Position numbers and translations under genes: made by a program. DNA of 64,000 bases. Origin: Klebsormidium nitens (taxonomy: Eukaryota; Plantae; Klebsormidiophyceae). Where the stretch lies: positions 71,764-135,763 of the forward strand of contig DF237185.1 in NCBI GenBank assembly GCA_000708835.1, given 5' to 3'. Positions within the stretch are counted from its first letter, which is position 1. Every line of letters begins with the position of its first letter. The notes under the pieces are model-generated. The model made no database searches and was not told where the DNA came from. It was given only the letters and a program-made list of their open reading frames with translations. Below are positions 24,126-36,100 of the stretch, piece by piece.

Positions 24126-27100
24126 TTACTTGATCTCATAAACCATCAGGAGCATCAGCAGTTGGGCGCGAGGCATATTGAGTGCATCTGTCGGCGACAG
24201 GCTTACATCAAGAAGAACGTTGTAACACCACAAAAGCTGCACGCAAAGTTCAAAAGACGTCAGCATGGCTCTTGACGCAGAATCAAACCTCTCTTAACGG
24301 TTGAACCCTGGTGTCGATCGGACAAAAAGATACGGCAAAGCTTAGACTACGACCCAAAAAAACTGAGGAAGGTCATCCGAGCAAGACTCTACCAAGCAAA
24401 CCTCCCTCCCGTCTTTGAATGCATGAGCTAAGTACGAGGACCAGATTCGCAGCCCTCGTTCGCAGCGCGACTCAAATAAGCAAGACAACCGACATGCATG
24501 CCACACTCTGCCCGGGTATCATGTTGTTCAGGAGAGTTGGAAGTATGCTTACAAAGACGGCGCATAGAGACGAGGCACCGAAATTTGGATCCCGATCAGC
24601 GTCAAATACGCTTCCCCGCTCCAAAAGAGAATAAAGACTTTCGACGTGCAGGAAAGAGGCGGAGTTGCAAGGGTACCCGGAGCTGTCAAAGGAAAGGCGA
24701 GTGACTCACGAAACGTTGCATGTGGGTAGCGCTCTTGGCGGGCTTCAAGATGGGCTTCGTCTTGATGTACATGATCTCGTGCTGCGCCGCTTCTTTCACC
24801 AGGCTCATTTGCCAGCCCCGTTCGGTCAGGCTGAGCCGGATCGGGCGCTTCTTGGGTGTGTCCAACGCGGACGGAGACCTGCGGGATTCTTTCATCACTC
24901 AGCCGTCCGTTTGACCGGTACGGGCACATGATTTACTCGCCGATTAGGGTTTCGGATACTAGCAGCAACCCTACTAGACTAGCTTCCAAGGCGTTAAAAC
25001 AGCACAACCTATGTAATGGAGATAGAATCGCCATGTTCCTCATGGAAGTACTCACTTAGGTTAGTCTTCAACCGGGATTGGAACACAGACTTAGGTGATA
25101 CTCTCACCGAGGAGTATCGGTGGGGCCTGGAACTAGAGCGGTGGGAAAAGAACTGCTGTATAGGTGCCACTCTCACCGAGGCGTGTCGGCACGGCCTTGA
25201 TTGAGAGCGGTGCCAGGGAAAAGAACCGCAAAATCGGAGGTACTCTCACCGAGGCGTGTCGGTAGGGGCTTGAACTAGAGCGGTGGAAAAAAGAAGCGCA
25301 TAATCGGTGGTACTCTCACCGGGGCGTGTCGGTGGGGCCGGGAACTAGAGCGGTGGAACTGCCCACGTGCGAGAGCGCGCTGGAGCTCGACACGTGGGAC
25401 ATGGGCGACCCGGGGCCGGAACTGGGCGTCCGATGGAGCAGCTCCTTGGTGGAACCGTAGGCTAAGTAGTGCGAGATCGCGCAGAGCACCTGTTGCGCGA
25501 ACCCCGTCGAGTGGTCGGGGTCGTCCATGTAGCCGTAGCGCGCGACGACGCNNNNNNNNNNNNNNNNNNNNNNNNNNNNNNNNNNNNNNNNNNNNNNNNN
25601 NNNNNNNNNNNNNNNNNNNNNNNNNNNNNNNNNNNNNNNNNNNNNNNNNNNNNNNNNNNNNNNNNNNNNNNNNNNNNNNNNNNNNNNNNNNNNNNNNNNN
25701 NNNNNNNNNNNNNNNNNNNNNNNNNNNNNNNNNNNNNNNNNNNNNNNNNNNNNNNNNNNNNNNNNNNNNNNNNNNNNNNNNNNNNNNNNNNNNNNNNNNN
25801 NNNNNNNNNNNNNNNNNNNNNNNNNNNNNNNNNNNNNNNNNNNNNNNNNNNNNNNNNNNNNNNNNNNNNNNNNNNNNNNNNNNNNNNNNNNNNNNNNNNN
25901 NNNNNNNNNNNNNNNNNNNNNNNNNNNNNNNNNNNNNNNNNNNNNNNNNNNNCCAAAGTCGGGCTAAGCAGGACATCTCCACTCAAAAGGTTGGGTTAAG
26001 CTCGTCGGGGTGAAGTCGATCTGGCCGACGGAGAGAAGCTTGTTGGGTTCAAAGAAGGTTACAGACGTGGTCGTAAAGAGGGTCCTGCCACTGGCGTCGC
26101 TTTGAGCAGGACACCTCAATCAAGGGGTTGGGTTAAGTTTGTCGGAGTTGGGTTAATCTCGTCGACAGAGAGAAGGTTGTATGAGTTCGAAGCGGGTTAT
26201 AGACGTTGTCGTAAAGAGGGTCCTGCCACGGGCGTGGGTTTGAGCAGGACATCTCCACTTAAGGGGTTGGGTTAATTTTGGTGGGGTTGAGTTAATCTCG
26301 GTCGACTGACAGAAGGTTGTACGTTTCGAAGAGGTTTGCAGACGTGGTGGTATTCAGAGAATTATACCCAATCCACACGATACTTGCCCCCTTTGTGCTG
26401 GTTGGAGGCGCAATGCTGGGGCCCTGTTCAAAGGTTGCACGTGAATCGCGGAGGCAGATGCGTCGATGGTCGAGGACATCGGAGTCGAACGGACAGAGCG
26501 ACCTATAGGGCTAGCAAGGTTTCCCAAAGAGCGAAAAGCAGTGAAGAGCAACAAGCGAAATTTGTACACAACGTATAAAGCAAAGGAGGAACAAGGACGA
26601 GAAAACCAAACGTAGACCACGGCAAGTGTTGGCTTGCTACCAGGCTTCTTACCAGACTTGCGTCAGACGTATCCTATTCCGGTCATTGGACCTGTAACCA
26701 GCCCATAAGCAAGGGCCAAAACGTACTGTTTACCGAGGGACTGGAGAGGAACAAAGACACCTCTCTGAGCTAGATAAACACCTTGGTCTCGTGACAAAGG
26801 GAAAAAAAGTGAGTACAGACGGAAGGAGTGGAGCAGCATACCTCTCTGGGTGAAATAAACCCCATGTTCTCTTGAAAAGGAAAAGAAACCGAGTACAGAC
26901 GGAAGGAATGGAGCAAACATACTCTCTGAGCGAGATAAACTCCATGATCTCTTGAAAAAGAAAAGAAAGCGGGTGTAGACGTAAGGAGCGGAGCAAACAT
27001 ACCTCTCTGAGCGACATAAACACCATGACCTCGTGAACCGCGGGCATCGCCTTCAGCGAGAAGGCGAAGTGTGGAGGGAGTCTGTAAATGGTGTCGCAGT

Positions 27101-30100
27101 AGAAGAGCGCGGCGCCTTTGGTTACGATCACCTTCTGACCGGAGCTCTTGAGGCGGTAATGGAGGGGCTCCTTGGGGCCACTTGGGATGTCCTGATTTGG
27201 GAAAAGGGTTTTAGGGTTTAAGATTCTTGTAGAATTTTGAAGTTCTAGGTTTCCGGAGTGTTAAGGAGGGGTTTCTTTGGGGCCACTGGGAATGTCCTGA
27301 TTTGGGGAAAGGGTTTTACGGTTAAGATTCTTTGAAGTTCTAGGTTCCCGAAGTGTTAAGGAGGGGTTTCTTTGGGGCCTCTTGGAATGTCCTGAAGCTG
27401 AACGGGAGTTGAGGTTGTGAGACTTTCCTGGGATTCTGAAGGCTTAGGGTTTTGAGTGTTGAAAGGGGTTCCTTGGGGCCCCTTGGAATGTCCTGGGAAT
27501 GCGAATTAGGGTTCCAGGATTTAGGATCATGGAGATTCGGAGTTCCATGGTTTCGAAGTGTAAGGAGGGGTTCCTTGGCACCTGAACAATCAAAGGAAAA
27601 GCTCAGTCAAATCGTCGTCCACATTCGTGCACGATGCCAAGGTCGCGAGAGGAGGGAGGCCGACCGAGCTCCCGTCTTTTTGTGAGAAGTATATTCGAGC
27701 CTTGTTCCAGTCAGAGGTCCTCTTCACATTGAACGGCCATTCAAAAGCGGTTGAATGTTTGACAGACAAAGGCGGCCGCGACTTCAAGCGCGACTTTCTC
27801 GATTCTGCGGTATGCTGATCAAGAATCCGCAACTCAGAAATGGACCAGTCAGCAGCTTTTCGGGATTCAAAACAGCAGTTCTAACACTTTAATCAACTGC
27901 CCTCGGACTGCAAACTATTTACCGGCAGCAGGCCACGTGGCTTTCGAGAGCCACTCGTCAATGAGGTCGCCAACACTGACGTCAGAATGTTGACAGCTGT
28001 CCATTTGGCAGGAGCGTAAGCTCTAGAACTTCGCAAATGGATGCAGCTCTTCTCTTTGCCCTTTGAAGCAGGACGGGTGATAGGAGGAGCATCCACAGGC
28101 CAATTTCACCTCGTCATAAGAATTCAAAGGCAGTTCTCACCTCGTCATCAGAAGAGAAGGTCGGAGCGTAAGCGCTCTCATCCGGAACCAGCACGTCTTC
28201 CAGCTGGGCTCCCATGCCGCAACCCACCAAGTAACGTTTAGTAGAGCCCCAATGCCAGCTGTAGCTGATGAGAAGCACCACACTGGCGATGGTAAGCGGC
28301 ACGTAGCCGCCGTGCGCAATCTGCGGCAACGGATAATGGCAATGAGCGGCAAGTTATTACTTTGCGCGAACTGCGGGGACTGAAAGCTTATGCTGCCCGC
28401 TTTTCTGGTTTAATGGGACTGTCGAAAAGAGGTCCTTGATCCGGCTTGTTAAAGGGGGGAGCGCGAGAAGACGTGTTGAGCTATCGAGGGAGAGTCGACG
28501 ACGGGCCTCTTCGAAAACGCGAGCGAAGCATGCTGGCAAATATCGAAGTCGGCAGACCTCTGGCGTTTTAAAATCGGAGCTTTGTCGCCCGCAGACAAAG
28601 CTCCAAGGAGGCACAGCGTTAAAGCTGCAACATGCTAAGGTGTCAGAAGAGAGTACAAAACTAGACTCTCAAAGACTGCCAAACGCTTGCGGATAAGAGT
28701 CTCGGACGTACACCAAAGAAAGCCCTCAAGCGAACCAGCAAAGAGGAGGTCCCTTTTAGCTAAGTTGTGGACTAAGTAAGGACGACGCGTGAAAGAACAC
28801 TGCACAAACTTGTTCGCGAAGCTTCCTTGTTTATGTCGCTTGCCGCTGTGATCATCATTGTAGCGATCGCTCTCCCGATTATGGCACAAATCAGAGTAGA
28901 ATCTTGCGATATAAGCCCGAACATAAGAAAAGATTCTACAAACCTTTCTCTCCGTCACCCTTCCAAACTTCAGATACTTCCGACATCGTGGAACCCAGCC
29001 ACCGTAAACGTTCTTTTAGCAAAGCCTGGGTTGAGGTTCCTGATGTGGTTCCGCCGGTGAAATGACCTTACTGACTGTCCATGTCCATGCAGAATACGAG
29101 CTTACCTTGAACAAGTTGGACGAGAGGTAGATCGACTCCATGAACATGAACCAGCCGAAGAATATCGCAATGACCACCACGTGGGTCCGCCAGATAACGA
29201 GCATCACGAGCGTCACGAGGCACGTGGTGATGATCATTACGCACATCACAGCAATACCTGCAAGATCCAGATCACAAGAATTGTGAGAATATGTGCGATC
29301 GTGCAGAGTCGAGGCACCCGGTTGAGGAGCTTTGCTACGACTTTCTCTCTCCGTGACTTCTCTTCGTGTGGTCAAGTCAAGCGAACGCTCTGAGTTGGAC
29401 AGTCGTTGGATGAAGTCATTCGAAAACGGGTCTTGGCAAGGATGAGTCACCGGAGTATTGACTGCCACATCTGCAGCTTCCACAGAGCTATTCAATGATC
29501 AAAAGTGCTCATCAATGATCAAAAGTGCTCAGGAATCTGACGAAAAACTGACACGTCACACAAAAGGGACGCCTAATACGTAGACGCCGCATGTGCACTT
29601 CAAAAATGAATCCCTCAACGACCAATGTTCCAGAAAGAATACAACAGGCCAGGGAATAGCAGCGATGCCATCGGCTCTGCGGAACGGGACCTTTTGATAC
29701 AGGCCGTCGATCAAGAATATGTAGAAGTCTAGACCGGCATTGACAACAGGCGAAACTCACCGAACGCGTGGCCCAAAGCATCTCCGTTGAGAGGCATATC
29801 GGACGGCTGTGGCAACGAAAAGCCGAGCACGCAGGCGATGCCGAGAGTCATGAGCGCCCAGTTGACGTTGGGGATGTAGATCTGGCCTTGCACCGTTTTG
29901 GACGTGTGGATGACCTTCATTTTGGGGAAGCACTGGAGCGACATGGATTGCGAGATGATGGAGAAAACGCCTGCACGAGATACGCACGGCTCATTAATTG
30001 CAGATCGACTGGTTTCTTCAGGCAGTGAAACTGAAGCAGTGTGTAGGGACCCAGTTTGCAAGATCGATCTGGAGCAGTCAAATGGAGGTCTGGATGTCGA

Positions 30101-33100
30101 CTGCCCATCAGTCTAGTATGGTCTAGACCTTTCATTGTTCGGCTCGAGCTGTGAATTGGAGCACAGAAAGTCCCCAGAAAAGGATGCTTGATCCCAGAAC
30201 CGTCTAGTAAGTGGAGGCCTTGCCATCCCGAGCAGTTGAGACACAGTACTGCGATTCGATTCCATCAGAATGACCGCTTCTCCGTACGCACGTCTTTGCC
30301 TCCCTTGTTGACATGACATGTTCCTAAAACGGTAACGCATTTTTATTCGTGATCTTATTGGCCGGAACCCTTACCGGGTTGGCCGCGTTGACCGAGATCG
30401 AAACTTGAGCGAGTAACCCCGTACTTACCCCAGCAGATCCACTGCTTCGAAAACGAGAGATCCGTAACTTCATATCAAAACCTTTCATCGCAAAACTTCC
30501 AAGGGAAAGGACTTTCTAGTTTCAGGCAGTCTGGTTGTCCGTGGGTTAGTTTCGTGGTGCAAAGGGTCGCGTGCTTCCTAAGAGAGATCCTGCACGACGT
30601 CATCCCGGTCGTTCGCCGAAGCAATCTGAGTACCAGTCCCTATAGAAACTATTCCGGCTGACTCCTCACGACTCCGTTGGAAAAGAACACCATGCCCGGG
30701 GTTTCATTTGTTCGGGTTTCTTTCGATATTCTGGGGATCTTGCAATCCAGAGTGAAGGCGGGCTCACCAGAGATGATGGCTTGGCTAGCCACCATAGTTG
30801 CCAGCGTCGCGACGACAAAAGCGGGCCAGAACACGGGTTCTGGAATGGCTTTGAAGTACGCCTGAGGAGTGTCCCCCGGGTTCCGGGACAGGTACGCCCC
30901 TTGGCCGAGATAGATCAGGAGGAGGCTGGGGTAGACCACTGTGAGCGTGCTTGCCTGAGATAGTGTAAGTGACAGTCAGCATTCGCTTTGATGCGATTGG
31001 ATCGCCCCTCCCAAGACATCAGCTCCGATGCAGATCGTTGTGATTGATCCTGACAACCTCCTTTCTGTCAAGGGTTTGTGCATTGATGTCAAATTCGCTG
31101 ACGGAACGTTAGAAGATGGTCGACTCCTTATGCTTTGGAAATACTTGGCAGAGAGGTGGGTACCCATTGAAAATGTGGGTTGCAACGCGGCATCGCCCCT
31201 CAATACTTCCAACCGCGACTCGTTTTGCAATCTGACCAGGTCGACGGCATTAGCATAGCGTTGGCATAGGGACGGCCACCACCATCAGGAGACCAGCGCA
31301 GCGCACGATGCATGGGCCGAGCAGTGGAGGGGGACCGGAAAAAAGTGGAGCGCGGGAAATGGATGAGGGCGAGAAGAAAGACGGGGCTGGTGCAAATAGT
31401 GAAGACGCAGGCAGTGCGGGAGGGGCGGCGAAGGAAGAGGGTCCTAGAGGTGAAGAGGGGCAGCTTTTTGAGAGCGCGCCTGAACAGTGCTCTGCTGACG
31501 TGGGCGCCAAGAGCTCTGCTGACATCAGCGGGGGGAGGATCTCATACTTGTTCCCTCACCCTGATCGCTTGCACGTTGAAGTGTCCCAGGTCCGCGAAGA
31601 GGCCTTCCACGCCCGTGATGCAGAGGCAGATACCGCCCAAGCTGATCCACCCTTCCTTTTTGTTGCGGACAAGGTACATAATGCCGTGGTGGGGAGAGAA
31701 CGCCTGCACCAATGGAAAATGGGTTTGATTTTAGGATTAAGCCAGGTTGAGATCGGTCAGTAACTGGGGAACGGGTGGGGTAAGTCGGGGGGGTAGTATG
31801 GGTACGGATGCGGAAAATGTTGGTTTGTGGCTAGGATATTAGTTTGATGCGTCCTCCCGGTTCGAATTGTGTATCTTAACCTGGCTCAACTCAACCTAGA
31901 ACCGAAACTTATGAGTGAAAAGTGGGATGAGGTCACGTTGGATGCAGTTAGCTCTCAACGATGACGTCTTGAGCGCAGTCGGTGGAATATTCGTTTGCTC
32001 CGTCTACGGTTATAGAGCACTGCTTCCCACTTTCAAACGATTGCCTTCAAGACAGCTTCGCATGATCGGTAAGCTCAAGCACCGTCTCTGGGCGAAGCAA
32101 AGAATACCCTCTAAGCGGCTGCTAGGTGCTGGTGACTTGTTGGGAGAGAAAACGAAACAAACATCCGGAAAAAAGGGGCGGACAAAAGGAAAATCGGCTC
32201 AAAGACGGGTGGCTTTGAGGAGAGGTCTGTAGAAGTACGGATCCCCGAAGTCTGTAGAAGTACGGACTGCTAGAAACTGCTTGTAAACAAATTAGATGCT
32301 TATGAATACCTATCTCCAAACTCTCCGCAAGACTGCTATGGAAGAGGCACTCTGGCAGTGTTAGGAATCCTGATCCTGGGCCGTCTAGCCAGATTACCGC
32401 CAAAATGAAATGCCAAGCGTGATGAGTCAGAAAGCAGCGGGTAAAACCCCAAATTCCTAGAACTCTTGAAACCCTCAACCCGCAACCTGTAAATTTCAAG
32501 ACCCTCAGACCATCAGACCCTACAAATCTTTTTAGATACCTTAAAGATGGCAGGGTTCCACGTGTGGATGTTGTACATCCCGATGCCCGCGTTGAGGACG
32601 AAGAAGCTGATCAGGATCGGAGCGAAGATGAAGCTGATCCTGTTCGTGCCAAGTCTTTGGCACCCAAAGATGATGGCCATGATGACGCAAGTCGCGGCAA
32701 TAACGGCGCCTGCAGTGGATTGTGCAATGCATCAGATAAGTCCCTCCGAAAGAGCTTCGTTTTTAGTGGGTAGTAAATCCTACTGATTGGAGCTTCACAG
32801 GCTAAATTTTGAGATCGACGCCTCCTGGGTAGGAAGGCGACAGTCGGGCAAAGCTTTCTGGATTCAAAACGTTTTAACAAGGTTTTGTCAGGATTGCATC
32901 TATGCAATGATCAGGGAAAGTAGTAAACGACGCGGGAAGGAGCGGCGCTCTGCAGGATCCGGGGTTTGTTACTTTCGTCGGTGCCTGTAGCTCAAAGTAA
33001 AGGGAACTGCTTCATTACCCGCGTGGACTTCTAGTTTCTGAGAAAGGATGATCCTGTGGACCAAATACTGCGCTCGTGCAATATTCACATGAAAGCAGAA

Positions 33101-36100
33101 ACTGCAAGCACCAGATCACAAACCGCAAGAAGAAGTACGAAATTAGGAAGAAAAGCAAATGACCCTATTCACCGGCGGAATTTACGGTCGAGCCGTCCTC
33201 TGCCAGAAGCTCCTTCGTGCCTTGCAGGCCCGTCCTATGAGATCATCATACGAACTCTTACGAGACCATACGAAAGCATTCATACGAGGTCACTGACCGG
33301 ATCCAGCTTTCATCTCTGGGAAGCTCCTTTCAGACTTGCAGCCCGTCACATGAAAGTACCATGCGGGATCACAGGGGACCACACGAAACCACTTATACGA
33401 GGTCACACGGGTCGAGCTGTCACCTCTGAGAAGCTCCTCTAAGACTTGCAGCCCGTCATACGCATACGGGATCGTACGAGACAATACGAGATCAATCATA
33501 CGAGGTCGCTCACCGTTGGGAATGATGGTCGACCCGTCCTCTCTGAGCAGCTCCTTCGGAACTTGCAGCCCGGTCATGGCGGACAGCACTGCGCAGAAAG
33601 CGGGACGAGCGTGTTTGGCGACGTAACGCATGCACCCTCCTCCGCACTCAAGCGTTTCATAGAATTGTTGCACTCAGTTGCCCCCCCCCCCCCTTCGCGA
33701 TCGAAAACCGCCCTCCTAAGATACATCAGCCGGCTGACCTCAGGCTGTGGGAATCTTCGATCGGATGACACGGAACCTGATGCCCCTCGGATCGGGCACT
33801 TCCGACCCGACCCGATAACTTGAAAACTCTAAACGAACGGCCCACTCGATTCTGCTGAACTGTCTCTGAATGTTCTCGCCGTCTTTCACCCTATCACAGA
33901 GTTGGACGAAGTGACCCTGACCTCAGTCCCCCCAGAGAGCTGCCGTTATCGTACTTTGCAAAACACAAGTAAGTGCGCCGCGTCAAAAAAACACGGGCTC
34001 GTCAGAAAGCGTGTAGTTCTTAAGGCCAGAAACGTTAGTCGAGCAGAGACCCTTTCACGCTCTCGAACTATCGCAGAGCTGCCAAAAGCCCTCACCCGTC
34101 ACGGCTGGCGTCAGCACGCCGTCACCCACGAGCGCGCACGTCCCGCACAGGACGAAGACCAACAGCATCTTCTGCAGGGCCGGGCTCTTTTCGAGGGCCT
34201 TGCCGACGGCGCGCCCGGGGTGGCTCCGCTTCTTCTTGGGGCGTTTCGGGTCCTGGTGGAACACGGACAGGGCCTTGTCGGAGTCGTGCTTGAGGCCGAA
34301 GATGGTGATCTTGGTGTAGCGGCACAGCAGGGAGTAGATGGCGAACGTTCCGCCTGCAGGGCGGAATTCCGGTCAGTCATTCCGGTCGAAATTATCTTGG
34401 TTTGCCGCCTTTCATTCACGCTTCTCTGCAAGAACTTGTTGTGCTCGAGGCCGAAGATGGTGATCTTGGTGTAGCGGCACAGCAGGGAGTAGATGGCGAA
34501 CGTCCCGCCTGCAGGGGCGGAATTCCGGTCTGTCAATCCGGGCGGAATTTGTGGGGCGTTCCGCCGTGAAATTCACGCTTCTTTGTAAGGGAAAGTTACG
34601 CTTGAGGTCGAGGGTGGTGATCTTAGTGTAGCGGCACAGCAGGAAGATGTTGGTGGACGTTTCAGCTGCAGGGCAGAATTCCGGTCTGTAATCCTGGCGG
34701 TGTTCAGTCCCGGCTCTTGTACGGGCAGTTGCATCAGTCTTGCTCATCGGGGGGCACTATGGGCGGCAAAGTCCGAAAAGTAGGGCCGCTTTCGATCCAG
34801 ATTATCAAAGAATCAGCAGCACCGCTAAGGCGTAATAGGATACCATTGAGCACATCAATAAGTGTAGAATACTTTGTCTGACAAGCTTTAGAAGGGGCAC
34901 TACAGTGAGCTCACCTTCTCCTATGTTGGTGGGGAGAAGAACGACAACGCACTTAGAGATCATCAAGCTGATTGATTGCCAGAAGGGGTAGAAATTTCAA
35001 TGAGCGTACTTATCATCGGCGAGATGAACAAACAACGACGTACTCAAAGATTGCTAAGCTGAGGAGCTTCCCGAAGGGGTAGGAAGGACAGTGAGCGTAC
35101 CTTCTCCCATGTCATTGGCGGGAAGAACAACGACGACGTACTTGAAGATCATCAAGCTGAGGGTCCAGAGGACCAGGCTCAGGGCGCCAATGATGTCCTC
35201 CTCGGTGGCAGTCTTCGTGAAGCACGTCTAGAGAGAAGAGAGGAAAATGGCGTCAACTTTTTGATGTCGCGATGCCATTCGATCTGCATGCGCAGTGTTT
35301 GGAGAAGCACAGGCTGGCTGCATGGAGCTGCTGCCCTCTGCCAAGCGCTGATACAGATTTATGCAGTCACAGGCCAGCTTACGCAATCCCCGATCAAAGA
35401 ATCCATCAGTGTCCCAGAAAGAGAATGGAAATATTTATCATGACGGCCAGTGGCTCTTACCTGCCACAAGTACATCGGGCTCGTGCCTGCAGACAAATGA
35501 ACGTGGTTGTCAGAGCTCAGTGCTTAGAGCGGCAAAGTCATGTCAGCAGGGGAACAAATTCTAAGTGTTTCATAAGAGGGGTACAGCACCGAAACAAGGA
35601 AGGTCAGCTGGGCAAGACTCAGCAGCATCCCTGTAGCTGAACTCCTTTGAACGATGAATCGTTTTGAAGGAGATCAAACGAAGAGTTCCAACAGAACATG
35701 CTGCAAGCGCTCAAAATTACAGCCGCAACAAAAAGGACTGCACTTCCTGGTGCCTTGCAGTTCAGAATCCGAGTCAACAATTCCTTTGTAAAGAGCAAAG
35801 CTCGGGAGTGCGGGCCTTGTCAGGACCATTGGAGGAAAGACCACCTACCGAGATCGCCGTACACAATGCCGATGCTCTTATAAGCAAGGCCCGCAAACAT
35901 CAACCATGAGGACGATGACTGCAAGGACAAAATAACATCAGGACGATGACTACATGGACAAACGTCATCATTGAGCACAAACCCAGCCTGGTTTAGCCTA
36001 ACTTAAAGTTACCTTGGTGCCCCTTGACCAAATGACTAATGCTTGGTTTGGTGCCCTTTGACCAATCAACTGAGGCTGAATCGTGTCTGTAGCTTGTGAG

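Noticed and set aside
25275-25999. Long ORFs spanning the N run
   Set aside because: Artefacts of translating Ns.
25075-27036. Regularly spaced repeats superficially resembling CRISPR arrays
   Set aside because: Eukaryotic intronic context, no cas genes, whole units (not repeat plus unique spacer) are homologous, and they match adjacent HAK exon ends.
27590-28096. Extra HAK exons in open frames between 28141 and 27191
   Set aside because: The phase-0 donor at 28140 joins the phase-0 acceptor at 27191 directly, and the intervening frames lack family motifs. They are not excluded, only unsupported.
31308-31763. 151-aa + strand ORF
   Set aside because: Its 3' half is the antisense of a GC-rich HAK exon (31703-31560), so it is a shadow ORF.
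31915-32232. VGGIFVC resembling the HAK LGGI-LC motif
   Set aside because: Wrong strand. The true motif exon was found at 31703-31560.
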